DNA from: a virus
Taxonomy: Duplodnaviria; Caudoviricetes
Length of the DNA stretch: 64,000 nucleotides
Reading direction: 5' to 3' (one strand)
Virus record (IMG/VR): IMGVR_UViG_3300021378_000015
Coordinates: 1-64,000 of that record
The translations under genes and the position numbers were made by a program. Numbering within the stretch: position 1 is the first letter of the stretch; every line of letters starts with the position of its first letter. The notes beneath the pieces were generated by a model that was given only the letters and a program-made list of their open reading frames with translations, had not been told where the DNA came from and searched no databases. This document shows, one piece after another, positions 1 through 8,443 of this stretch.

Positions 1-592
1 TCGGGGGGTTATTGTTCCCACCCCCTTTACAAGGGGGCGCGGGAATCGCTGGGCTGTGACCTCCTCCCCTAACATCCTCCTACCAAAGGTAGGGCACTGG
101 TTGAGGGCAGTAAAGCCCAAAATCCTGGAAGGATTAGCGCGCGCGTTGACCCCCCTGGGGTCAGAGAATCGGTTTCGGCTTTGGCGCGCGGACGTGTACA
201 TATATATATAATCCCCGCCCTGAACATGACTCAATAGATTTTGCAGGTTGTAACGCGCTGGAGATTGATCGCTTTAGAAATTCTTTGTCAGCGAATTTAT
301 GCGCTCATAGGGATGCAGTAATAACGTCACCGATCGTGAGACGATGGTAACTATTACCGCTGTAATGAATGTTTGTTCTTTGGGAAAAATTTGAGCAAAG
401 AGAGGGCCCCTTTGCAACGGAGTGAATCTGTGTGACGGTTGCTCACTCTCTGAATCAAGTGTCTCACAAACCACTGATGTTTCTTCTTGTCGCTATGCTA
501 AAGAAACTTACAGTTGTTGCTCAATAGAACCTCATACTGATGGTACGAAGTTAGGGTAAAAAAAGGAGAATGTCAAGAGTATAAATACCCAA

Positions 593-913
593 TCAGAAGT
601 TATGGTCATAGTTTTCCATCTCCACTATAAACTTGTGGAATTCAAATGCTTTGAATCCGTTTACATGTGAATCTGTTGGGAAGAAGTACTTCCATCCTTT
701 TGATTGTCCTCTTGGTATGTAGTAGAAAAACGCGAGTCCGACCTTCCCGGTATTCTTTTTGAATCTAACTACTGCGGTGTGGTCTGACGTTGGTATTACT
801 TTCTCTACAGCAAAGTCTTCGTTGTTGAAGTTACCTTCTCTGTCTTTTCTTGAGAACCTTGTTGCTACGACTGTAACGAACTCTTTAAGTTCGATGGCTA
901 TATTCTTATTCAT
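593..913 (-). CDS. Hypothetical protein
   Basis: 106-aa ORF, ATG with A-rich upstream, directly downstream of the DUF5675 gene. Confidence 0.8.
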   Translation of the reverse strand: MNKNIAIELKEFVTVVATRFSRKDREGNFNNEDFAVEKVIPTSDHTAVVRFKKNTGKVGLAFFYYIPRGQSKGWKYFFPTDSHVNGFKAFEFHKFIVEMENYDHNF

Positions 914-926
914 GTTATAAAATTAA

Positions 927-1379
927 TTAAGCGAAGTCTTCGTATGTGATCCATACGTCATTACCATCAAGTAACTCGTTTGATATCTTAGGATATATAT
1001 GTTGATATGCGTATGTGCTCTTACCTATTGTTCCCTTCATATCTGCGGCGTTCCCCACGAGTAAACATCCTGCGGTGTGCTCATCGGTATTGCCAATATG
1101 GATAAGGATGTATTCAAACCCAGGTACGTTTCTTACCCAAAGCATACCATTGTGCATTTTCGGAAACTTGTCTTTGTATCTGTTGTGGAATCCTCCCACT
1201 GTTCGTAGTGTGATGCGGTAGGTGCCGGCGGGTATGCGGGTCTCGCCCATTACCTTCTCATCTCTATCTTCATCTTCAAGAGTAAAACAGAGAAACTCTC
1301 TGCCTTCTTTACTTTCTGCGTACAGTGCTCCAATAGTAAAATCATCTTGGCTGTACATTCTTATTACACGTAGTTCCAT
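927..1379 (-). CDS. DUF5675-family protein (putative L,D-transpeptidase-like endolysin)
   Basis: TLED..IPAGTY, YILIHIGNT..TAGCLLVG motifs; start moved to MELRV to match paralog 61537-61989. Confidence 0.8.
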   Translation of the reverse strand: MELRVIRMYSQDDFTIGALYAESKEGREFLCFTLEDEDRDEKVMGETRIPAGTYRITLRTVGGFHNRYKDKFPKMHNGMLWVRNVPGFEYILIHIGNTDEHTAGCLLVGNAADMKGTIGKSTYAYQHIYPKISNELLDGNDVWITYEDFA

Positions 1380-1384
1380 ATGAT

Positions 1385-1401
1385 CAAAGATACTATATTT
1401 G
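1385..1401. promoter_or_regulatory. Back-to-back Bacteroidota -7 promoter elements (TATCTTTG on -, TATATTTG on +)
   Basis: caaagata-c-tatatttg; same geometry at 61995-62011. Confidence 0.7.
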
Positions 1402-1404
1402 TGT

Positions 1405-2004
1405 ATGGCAAAATCAGAGTTAGAGAAGATATACAGAGCAGAGTTGATCCATCCTGATCCTCGTGGTACCATGTTGACTGATAAAGGAAGTCATCATTCT
1501 TATATACAAAACTATTACAGCAAAGAGTTTACAGACAGGGAGGGAGTATCTAATATTCTTGAGTTGGGTGTGATGTCTGGCGGCAGTGTTATGTTATGGC
1601 ACAAGTGGTTTACCAATGCTGTTATTGAGGGTGTGGACATATGGGATGAAACCATTTCTAACTTCAAGGAGATGTCAGGAGATACAGAGTACCCTCGTGC
1701 GAAACTCTATGAGATGGATGGCTATACTGCTGACGCTGTTAATTGCTTTGATGATGACAAGTATGATTACATTATTGATGACGGTCCCCATAGTTTAATG
1801 TCTCAGGTCTATTGTATAGAGAACTATCTGTGTAAGGTAAAGCCAGGAGGTAAGATGATCATTGAGGATGTGCAGGATATAAAATGGATTGAAACTCTGG
1901 TGAAGGCTATAGACCCAGAACTTGCAGTTGAATTTTGTACCTTTGACTTCAGTAAAATGTCGAACGTAAGTGACGATATCATTTTTGAAATAACACGACA
2001 ATGA
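1405..2004 (+). CDS. Class I SAM-dependent (O-)methyltransferase
   Basis: ILELGV.SGGS motif I, GVDI, YDYIIDDGPH, VKPGGKMIIED. Confidence 0.85.
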   Translation: MAKSELEKIYRAELIHPDPRGTMLTDKGSHHSYIQNYYSKEFTDREGVSNILELGVMSGGSVMLWHKWFTNAVIEGVDIWDETISNFKEMSGDTEYPRAKLYEMDGYTADAVNCFDDDKYDYIIDDGPHSLMSQVYCIENYLCKVKPGGKMIIEDVQDIKWIETLVKAIDPELAVEFCTFDFSKMSNVSDDIIFEITRQ

Positions 2005-2261
2005 AAAAAAAGACCTATAGAGTAGGTGGTCAGAACCCACCACAAGAAAAGCCAAAGGCGAAAGTGTATGGACCACCAAAGCCACCGGGCTATAGAAAGT
2101 CTACCCCGGAAGAGGATAGAGAGCGTGCTGGTGAAAAAGCATACCTGGAACTACGAAAACAAGTTGACCGTGAGGTAAGACAGATGCGTAAAGATGGTGC
2201 TACTGAAGAGCAGATCAATCGCCATGCAAATAAAGTACTAAGCACTTTAGGTCGCTATTAG
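2001..2261 (+). CDS. Hypothetical basic protein
   Basis: ATGA-coupled to the methyltransferase. Confidence 0.7.
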   Translation: MKKKTYRVGGQNPPQEKPKAKVYGPPKPPGYRKSTPEEDRERAGEKAYLELRKQVDREVRQMRKDGATEEQINRHANKVLSTLGRY

Positions 2262-2606
2262 ATGCCAGGACCTGATGAGTTTTACAGAGCCTTATCCCGT
2301 GCTTTAGGACACGGTCGATTTAGTAACCCCAGTGTTACCAAGGAGATCTTTGATCCTAAAACATACGCTAAGAAAGATGGTAAACTCATTTACAGATCTT
2401 CTGGTGAGGAGGTAAAGATGCGTGATAAGAAGCCTAAACTAAAGGTGCGCGGAATTGATGTTGATAAACTGCCAGAGGGTAGAATAAAAGAAGAGGATCC
2501 ACCGTTCCCATTTAGAAAACGATTTGAAGAGGGTGGTCGTTCTGTTAACTATGTTTCAAATTACATTCCTGATCCCTTAGCAACAGGTAAAAAATATAGA
2601 CGATGA
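2262..2606 (+). CDS. Hypothetical protein
   Basis: KVRGIDVDKLPEGRIKE..PFPFRKR segment conserved in 62016-62150. Confidence 0.75.
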   Translation: MPGPDEFYRALSRALGHGRFSNPSVTKEIFDPKTYAKKDGKLIYRSSGEEVKMRDKKPKLKVRGIDVDKLPEGRIKEEDPPFPFRKRFEEGGRSVNYVSNYIPDPLATGKKYRR

Positions 2607-2809
2607 AACTAAAGAAAACAACCAAATCTGTAAAGGTCTCAGCGCCAAAGGGTTACCACTGGATGACAGAAGGCGGTCGTCATTTCTTGATGAAAGGTGA
2701 TTACAAACCACACAAAGGTGCTTCAGCCGAGGCGCCATTTAGAATTGTAACACACGATAAAGGAAAAAGCAATCCAGCAATGGATGCCGCGCGCAAGGCT
2801 AAGGGTTAA
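2603..2809 (+). CDS. Small basic conserved phage protein
   Basis: APKGYHWM motif; near-identical paralog at 62147-62356. Confidence 0.85.
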   Translation: MKLKKTTKSVKVSAPKGYHWMTEGGRHFLMKGDYKPHKGASAEAPFRIVTHDKGKSNPAMDAARKAKG

Positions 2810-3239
2810 ACTCCTCCTCTCCACCCATCTTGCGGTAAAGGCGGGCTACTATTAGCCGGCCTTTTTGCGTTAAGGCGTATCGTACTGCATAGTTATACTT
2901 AGTCTCTTCTCTAAATATATGATCCTCTATGTGATGACTGGGTGTTAGTTTATCGAAGTGTTTATATATAAAGCCTTTGCTCTTTAGTGTCCATATGAAA
3001 TGCTTCCGCATTTGGTTTTCACTCTTCTGCATTTTAGTTGCAACGTACTTTATTGTCCAAAATTCAAGATCGTAAACAAACAAAATGAAATCTACTTCAG
3101 GTCTGGTAAGACTATAATTGTTTTTAGCATCTCTGTATAGGTATGTTAGATTCTTTAAATAGTTTTCTTTGACAAACTTTTTGTTTATCTTAGAGAATTC
3201 TCGGAATCTTTTCTTTCGGTCTACCCTACTTTTAGGCAT
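2799..3239 (-). CDS. Putative winged-helix DNA-binding protein
   Basis: LT..EVDFILFVY, LKSKGFI, YALTQKGR (MarR-like wing); paralog 62322-62786. Confidence 0.65.
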   Translation of the reverse strand: MPKSRVDRKKRFREFSKINKKFVKENYLKNLTYLYRDAKNNYSLTRPEVDFILFVYDLEFWTIKYVATKMQKSENQMRKHFIWTLKSKGFIYKHFDKLTPSHHIEDHIFREETKYNYAVRYALTQKGRLIVARLYRKMGGEEEFNP

Positions 3240-3271
3240 ATCAGTATCTTTGCTGATACAAACATAATCAT

Positions 3272-4249
3272 ATGGCATCACTTAGCGGAAATAAAATAAA
3301 GGATACTTTTAATCTACTCTTGAAACTTCAATCTTCAGAGGCATCAGCCACTGAGCAAGTTGTAGAAGATGGAGCAGGCAACGATACAGCGTTAAAGATA
3401 TCTACAGATACAGTAGAGACTACGGGATCCCTGAAAATATCTGGGACACCATCTACATCCACATCAAACACTACGGCTCTTATGCTCGATGGTAGTGGCG
3501 TTGTTGTAACACGTAACCTCAGCACCAGCCCAATTGGTACTGCATCGATCACAGCAAATACACCGCTATCTGCAACAGGTAGCACTATTGAGTTAAAAGA
3601 CCCAGCGCTACTAAGTCAAATCACTCAGCCGGCGACTAATGATAAGTATCTGATCTGGGATGAAAGCGCCAGTGCTTATAAATACATTGAGCAATCGGAT
3701 TTAGCAACGGCAGTAGGTAATTCTATAACCGCTGGTACGGCAACACAAGGCATCATGTATGCTCGTGCAGGAGCAACCTTACAAATGAGTAGTGCAGCGA
3801 CCAACACGCTTGTTCAGTACGCAGAGATATACGAGGACAGTTCGGCGACTGGTGCAACTACGGCAACTGGGAGTTCAGTATGGTTTGGTACACTGGCCAA
3901 TGGTGCCTCACAACCTGGATTATCTATTTCTCAAGTTTCTGATCCAAGAGATTCAGTTCTAATAAATGAGATTGAAGGGTGGTTTAAAATAACGGGAACT
4001 ATACAGGTAATACTAACTGCGGGTGCGGACTTTAATATAGAAGTTAATAGTACAATCATTCGGACGATAACGGTACCAGCAGTAGCCGGAGAAATAAGCA
4101 CATATACTCTTTCTGCTCTTTATTATTCCGATGGTGCATCAGGTTATAAAATTAGACTCACAGGTCAAGCCGACGGGTTAGGTGTTAACGTGTATGGAGT
4201 CAATACATCTCTTGAGGTTGAGTACATGGGTGATAACGCAACCTTATAA
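3272..4249 (+). CDS. Putative virion fibre or structural protein with beta-rich C-terminal domain
   Basis: Thr/Ser/Gly-rich; paralog 62818-63786 with conserved N-half and diverged C-half. Confidence 0.65.
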   Translation: MASLSGNKIKDTFNLLLKLQSSEASATEQVVEDGAGNDTALKISTDTVETTGSLKISGTPSTSTSNTTALMLDGSGVVVTRNLSTSPIGTASITANTPLSATGSTIELKDPALLSQITQPATNDKYLIWDESASAYKYIEQSDLATAVGNSITAGTATQGIMYARAGATLQMSSAATNTLVQYAEIYEDSSATGATTATGSSVWFGTLANGASQPGLSISQVSDPRDSVLINEIEGWFKITGTIQVILTAGADFNIEVNSTIIRTITVPAVAGEISTYTLSALYYSDGASGYKIRLTGQADGLGVNVYGVNTSLEVEYMGDNATL

Positions 4250-4554
4250 TGACAAAACAAGAAAGATTAGAATTCTTCCAGCAGTTAAGATTAAAACTTG
4301 ACGAGATCGATGATCTTATGGATTCCTATGGCGGTAAAGAAGAGTTCCTATCTATGTATTGTTTTGGTGCGTTTTTACCTGGAGACGAAGACCTTGATAC
4401 CAATGACAGGTATGAGTTTATGTGCGGCATGCATATGTCCGCAATAGAGGAATATGAATTAATGACAGATACAGTAGAAGATACTTTCACTAATTATTTA
4501 CAAGATGAAAGTGACAGAGGGGATTCCTCTTCAATTGACTACTGGTTAAATTAA
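4249..4554 (+). CDS. Hypothetical acidic protein
   Basis: TAATG-coupled; paralog from 63786. Confidence 0.8.
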   Translation: MTKQERLEFFQQLRLKLDEIDDLMDSYGGKEEFLSMYCFGAFLPGDEDLDTNDRYEFMCGMHMSAIEEYELMTDTVEDTFTNYLQDESDRGDSSSIDYWLN

Positions 4555-4559
4555 ATGAA

Positions 4560-4799
4560 ATGGAACTTATTAGAAAAATCATTATCGGGCAAAACCCGAA
4601 AGATGCCATGGCTTACTATGTAGGGCAGAAGGCAGGAGAGTCAGTAATCGATTCTATCGTATTAGACGACAGATGTTTTGTCAAACACGGAATTCGTCGC
4701 TATCTTGTATACATCTATAATAAAGAACAGGGTATAATGCTTTGGAAGACAGTAGATGATATGCCAGTATTAATTGAACATGATTGTGACTTCGAATGA
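4560..4799 (+). CDS. Conserved hypothetical phage protein
   Basis: IRKIIIG..PKDAMAYYVGQ; in operon. Confidence 0.75.
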   Translation: MELIRKIIIGQNPKDAMAYYVGQKAGESVIDSIVLDDRCFVKHGIRRYLVYIYNKEQGIMLWKTVDDMPVLIEHDCDFE

Positions 4800-5359
4800 T
4801 TGTAATTGATAATTTTATAAAAGACCAAGATCTTTTGATGGATCTTGAACTTAACAAAGAATACCTATTTAGTGATAACGGATCTTACTACTGGTGGAAC
4901 GGATGGTGGAACTCACCAGACGATACATTAAAGAAAAGACTAATCTGTTATATATGGAGAGACTATCCTCCGTATGGATCTGTTTCTTTAGATGGCTTTG
5001 AGTACTGGACCGGACAATACGGTGAAGGTAAAGGAGTGTCTAACCTAAATATGCACTTAGACAAAGACGAAGACTTATGGAAAACAACGGGTGAAATAAA
5101 AGCCCCTATCATAGGTACAGTGTTCTATCCTGTTGAAATGGACATAGAAGGTGGTTATCTTGAGATATTCTCTAATGGTCCTGACAATGAGCCTGAAAGA
5201 ATTCAAGCAAAGTATAATAGGTTAATCATATTTGACGCAGGTAACATACATCACAGAGTTACAACTGTGACCAAAGGAACAAGATCTGCTATTGCAATAA
5301 ATCTTTGGGATGAAGCACCTACAACAAAATTAAAGTTTGAGGCTCCAGAACCAATATGA
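4796..5359 (+). CDS. 2OG-Fe(II) oxygenase (prolyl-hydroxylase-like)
   Basis: HLD...GGYL...NRLIIFD..HRV...RSAI: HxD..H triad plus 2OG-binding Arg. Confidence 0.85.
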   Translation: MIVIDNFIKDQDLLMDLELNKEYLFSDNGSYYWWNGWWNSPDDTLKKRLICYIWRDYPPYGSVSLDGFEYWTGQYGEGKGVSNLNMHLDKDEDLWKTTGEIKAPIIGTVFYPVEMDIEGGYLEIFSNGPDNEPERIQAKYNRLIIFDAGNIHHRVTTVTKGTRSAIAINLWDEAPTTKLKFEAPEPI

Positions 5360-6006
5360 GACCTTTAAAACATTTTCTTGTAAGGGTTCCTCATGTAACC
5401 CAGGACACCGTAACTCTTAACGGAGAGGAGATATATATTGACACTAAGTGGGATGAGTTTAAGCATCGTACCATGGAAGGAGAGGTTGTTGGCGTTCCAG
5501 AAAAATATGACACAGGGGTAGAGATTGGAGACACAATGTACTTTCATCATCATGTAATACTGGGTGGTAACCACTTAGTTCTTCAGGATGGTGCTGATCA
5601 ATTAGAAGAGTCCGCAAAAAGAGGACAGTGGCTTGATCCAAACAACGATGTATATATAGTCTATTACGACGGAGGACATGACCCCCTGTCTTGTCAAGCG
5701 TATGCACATAAAAGTAAAACAACCGGTGAGGTTAAGTTACTTGGAGAATGGATATTCCTTACACCAGCAGAAGAAGAACAAGAATTAAAAAGTGACACAC
5801 TGCATCTATTAGAGGAGAAACATGAGTATAACCAATATGGATATATCAAGTATGGTTCTGATAGATTAGAAGAAACTGGGTTGGTACCTGGCGATAAAGT
5901 TATTATTCGAAAGAATTCTGACTATCGAATGGAGGTTGATGGTGAAACAATGTTTAGGGTATACTTAAAACACATACATGGCAAAGTCATCGAAGCAGAA
6001 GCATAA
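5356..6006 (+). CDS. GroES-like co-chaperonin, two tandem domains
   Basis: MRPL..FLV..GEVVGVP..VEIGDTMYF and VKLLGEWIFL..GYIKY..LVPGDKV..VDGE. Confidence 0.7.
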   Translation: MRPLKHFLVRVPHVTQDTVTLNGEEIYIDTKWDEFKHRTMEGEVVGVPEKYDTGVEIGDTMYFHHHVILGGNHLVLQDGADQLEESAKRGQWLDPNNDVYIVYYDGGHDPLSCQAYAHKSKTTGEVKLLGEWIFLTPAEEEQELKSDTLHLLEEKHEYNQYGYIKYGSDRLEETGLVPGDKVIIRKNSDYRMEVDGETMFRVYLKHIHGKVIEAEA

Positions 6007-6274
6007 CATAGTTACAGCGCAAAGATTAGTTGCAGCGATGGATATCGCGATTGACAACATGATTGCTGAAATACAAAAGCCTGTAGATCAGGAACTTAGC
6101 GGATCTCAAAGAAAGGCCGAACTTCAGTCAATTAAAATTACCGCTGTTGACGCTAAAGAACTTATTGTTGAAAGAGAAAGACTTGAACAACTCATTAAGA
6201 CACTTAAAGAAAGTGGGCAAATTAAAGAAGAGCAAGACTATTCAGGAGGATTCGCAGAAAAATTCTCAAAGTAA
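5978..6274 (+). CDS. Putative terminase small subunit
   Basis: Helical 98 aa immediately upstream of TerL, ends GGFAEKFSK. Confidence 0.55.
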   Translation: MAKSSKQKHNIVTAQRLVAAMDIAIDNMIAEIQKPVDQELSGSQRKAELQSIKITAVDAKELIVERERLEQLIKTLKESGQIKEEQDYSGGFAEKFSK

Positions 6275-6305
6275 TCAAGTCTTCATCTACTGGGATTATT
6301 AAACA

Positions 6306-8408
6306 ATGGCGGGACTTGTAGAAATAGAAGATGAGATTGTAATAAATATCTGCCCTGACAAAACTTCCGGAGACGTCAGGCTATACTTTGACTTACCCAT
6401 ACAGTTCCCTAAGCAGCCAGCCAAGAAAGATATACTTTTTAATAATTTAAAAAAAGAAGATCAGAGATGGGTGAGAGAGGGACTTCCTGATGATATCAAA
6501 AAGATCCGGTCAATGGAAGAATGGCTTGGGATGCCGGAATCATTTAGAAAAAAGTTCACACCCTATATAAGCGAAGAATTTAAAAGACGTAGAGATGGAG
6601 TATGGTTTTACAACAACGGGGTACCTACCTATATCACAGGTAACCATTACTTCTTCTTACAGTGGTGTAAGATCGATATTGGATACCCATCATTCCTCGA
6701 CTTTCAAAGGAAACTATTCGTACATCTTGAAGCCTGTATAAGAGATCCAAGATGTGTTGGACAGATCTATGTGAAGTGTCGTCGTTCTGGATACACAAAT
6801 ATGTCCGCATCTATACTCGTCAATGAAGGAACCCAGGTAAAAGAAAAATTATTGGGCATCATGTCGAAGACAGGAACAGATGCACAAGAAAATATATTCA
6901 TGAAGAAGGTGGTGCCTATGTATAAGTCGCTACCTTTTTTCTTTAAACCTATACAAGACGGTACTACCAACCCCCGTATGGAACTCGCATTTCGTGAGCC
7001 ATCAAAAAGAATCACAAAGAAAAATAAGACATCTTCTTCTGGTGAAGCACTCAATACAATTGTAAACTGGAAGAACACTACAACCAATGCATATGATGGG
7101 GAAAAACTCCATATGCTATACTTGGATGAAGCGGGTAAGTGGGAAAAGGGAAACGACATAAGAGAAGCCTGGAGGATACAGCGTACTTGTTTGTTGGTTG
7201 GTCGTAGAATAGTAGGCAAGGCTCTTGTTGGTAGCACCGTTAATCCTCTGGACAGAGGCGGTAAACAATTTAGAGATCTGTATGGTGCAAGTGATCCAAG
7301 GGAAAGAAATGACAATGGGCGTACACGTAGCGGACTGTACTCTGTCTTTATACCGTCTTACGATGCCCTTGAGGGCTTCTTTGATAGGTATGGGATGCCA
7401 GTGGTCGAAGATCCAGAGAAAACTCTTTACACGGAGTATGAGGAGCCTATATCTATAGGAGCAAAGACTTACTTAAAAAACGAACGCAAAGCACTGGTAA
7501 ACGATTCTTATGAACTCAACGAGGTAATACGCCAGTTCCCATTCACTGAAGCAGAGGCATTTAGAGATAGCGCCAAAGCCTCTCTGTTTAATGTGCAAAA
7601 GATTTACGAACAGATAGAATACAATGATGATCTATATCCTTCTCCAATTGTAGTAGGAAACTTTGTTTGGTCTGGCGGTAAGCAGGACACAGAAGTTATG
7701 TTTAAGCCTGATCCAAATGGAAGATGGCGTGTAGCATGGATGCCTCCTTCTGATTTGAGAAACAAAACCAAACCCGATAACGCTTGGATTGGATGTGCCG
7801 GTGTGGATAGTTATGACATCGATGCAACAGTAGATGGAAGAGGATCAAAGGGCGCCTGTCACTTCTATAATAAATTCAACATGGGTCACCCATCGAATAT
7901 GTTTGTTGCTGAATATGCTTCTCGACCACCTCTTGCTAAAATATTTTATGAGGATGTATTGATGGCGGCTAAGTTTTATGGATACCCTGTGTTAATTGAA
8001 AACAATAAGTACGGTATCGCAAGGTACTTTGAGACAAGAGGTTACGATCATTTCTTAATGGAAAGACCAGAGCATTTAGGTTCTAAATTTCAAAGCACTA
8101 AAACTAAAACCAAGGGTATACCATCGAATTCAAAGGATGTTATACAGGCTCATGCTCAAGCGATCGAAGCATATATACATGACCATGTTGGACTCAATGA
8201 AGATACTCTTGAGTTTGGCAAGATGTACTTTGAGCGAACACTGGAGGACTGGGTTAATTTTAAAATAGATGACAGGACTAAGTATGACCTTTCCATATCA
8301 AGCGGGTTGGCATTACTTGCTGCTCAAGGACATAAGCCTGTTAAAGTAAAAAGTGATTTCGAAAAGAAGCAATTCTTCAGAAAGGGTCAGATAATTATAC
8401 GAAAATAA
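6306..8408 (+). CDS. terL: Terminase large subunit
   Basis: KCRRSGYT Walker A, LYLDEAGK Walker B, GVDSYD nuclease, IENN, KYD. Confidence 0.92.
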   Translation: MAGLVEIEDEIVINICPDKTSGDVRLYFDLPIQFPKQPAKKDILFNNLKKEDQRWVREGLPDDIKKIRSMEEWLGMPESFRKKFTPYISEEFKRRRDGVWFYNNGVPTYITGNHYFFLQWCKIDIGYPSFLDFQRKLFVHLEACIRDPRCVGQIYVKCRRSGYTNMSASILVNEGTQVKEKLLGIMSKTGTDAQENIFMKKVVPMYKSLPFFFKPIQDGTTNPRMELAFREPSKRITKKNKTSSSGEALNTIVNWKNTTTNAYDGEKLHMLYLDEAGKWEKGNDIREAWRIQRTCLLVGRRIVGKALVGSTVNPLDRGGKQFRDLYGASDPRERNDNGRTRSGLYSVFIPSYDALEGFFDRYGMPVVEDPEKTLYTEYEEPISIGAKTYLKNERKALVNDSYELNEVIRQFPFTEAEAFRDSAKASLFNVQKIYEQIEYNDDLYPSPIVVGNFVWSGGKQDTEVMFKPDPNGRWRVAWMPPSDLRNKTKPDNAWIGCAGVDSYDIDATVDGRGSKGACHFYNKFNMGHPSNMFVAEYASRPPLAKIFYEDVLMAAKFYGYPVLIENNKYGIARYFETRGYDHFLMERPEHLGSKFQSTKTKTKGIPSNSKDVIQAHAQAIEAYIHDHVGLNEDTLEFGKMYFERTLEDWVNFKIDDRTKYDLSISSGLALLAAQGHKPVKVKSDFEKKQFFRKGQIIIRK

Positions 8409-8415
8409 TAAGAAG

Positions 8416-8423
8416 TATATTTG
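8416..8423 (+). promoter_or_regulatory. Bacteroidota -7 promoter element
   Basis: TATATTTG 20 nt upstream of the portal ATG. Confidence 0.6.
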
Positions 8424-8443
8424 CATAAGTAGCAATCTCAAGT

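Larger units (their letters stand above)
181..4465 (+). repeat. Copy 1 of a long diverged direct repeat (homologous to 60734-64000)
   Basis: Same gene order (DUF5675, basic protein, wHTH, MASLSGNKIKDTF protein, acidic protein) and shared non-coding words such as aaaaatttgagcaaa and aaatacccaatcag. Confidence 0.92.

Noticed and set aside
274-474. 66-aa ORF in the left non-coding region
   Set aside because: Not preserved in the homologous region of copy 2
4796-5359. 2OG oxygenase as the collagen prolyl 4-hydroxylase
   Set aside because: The collagen helices have almost no Y-position Pro and the gene is outside the collagen block; such oxygenases are common in aquatic phages, so the link is unsupported
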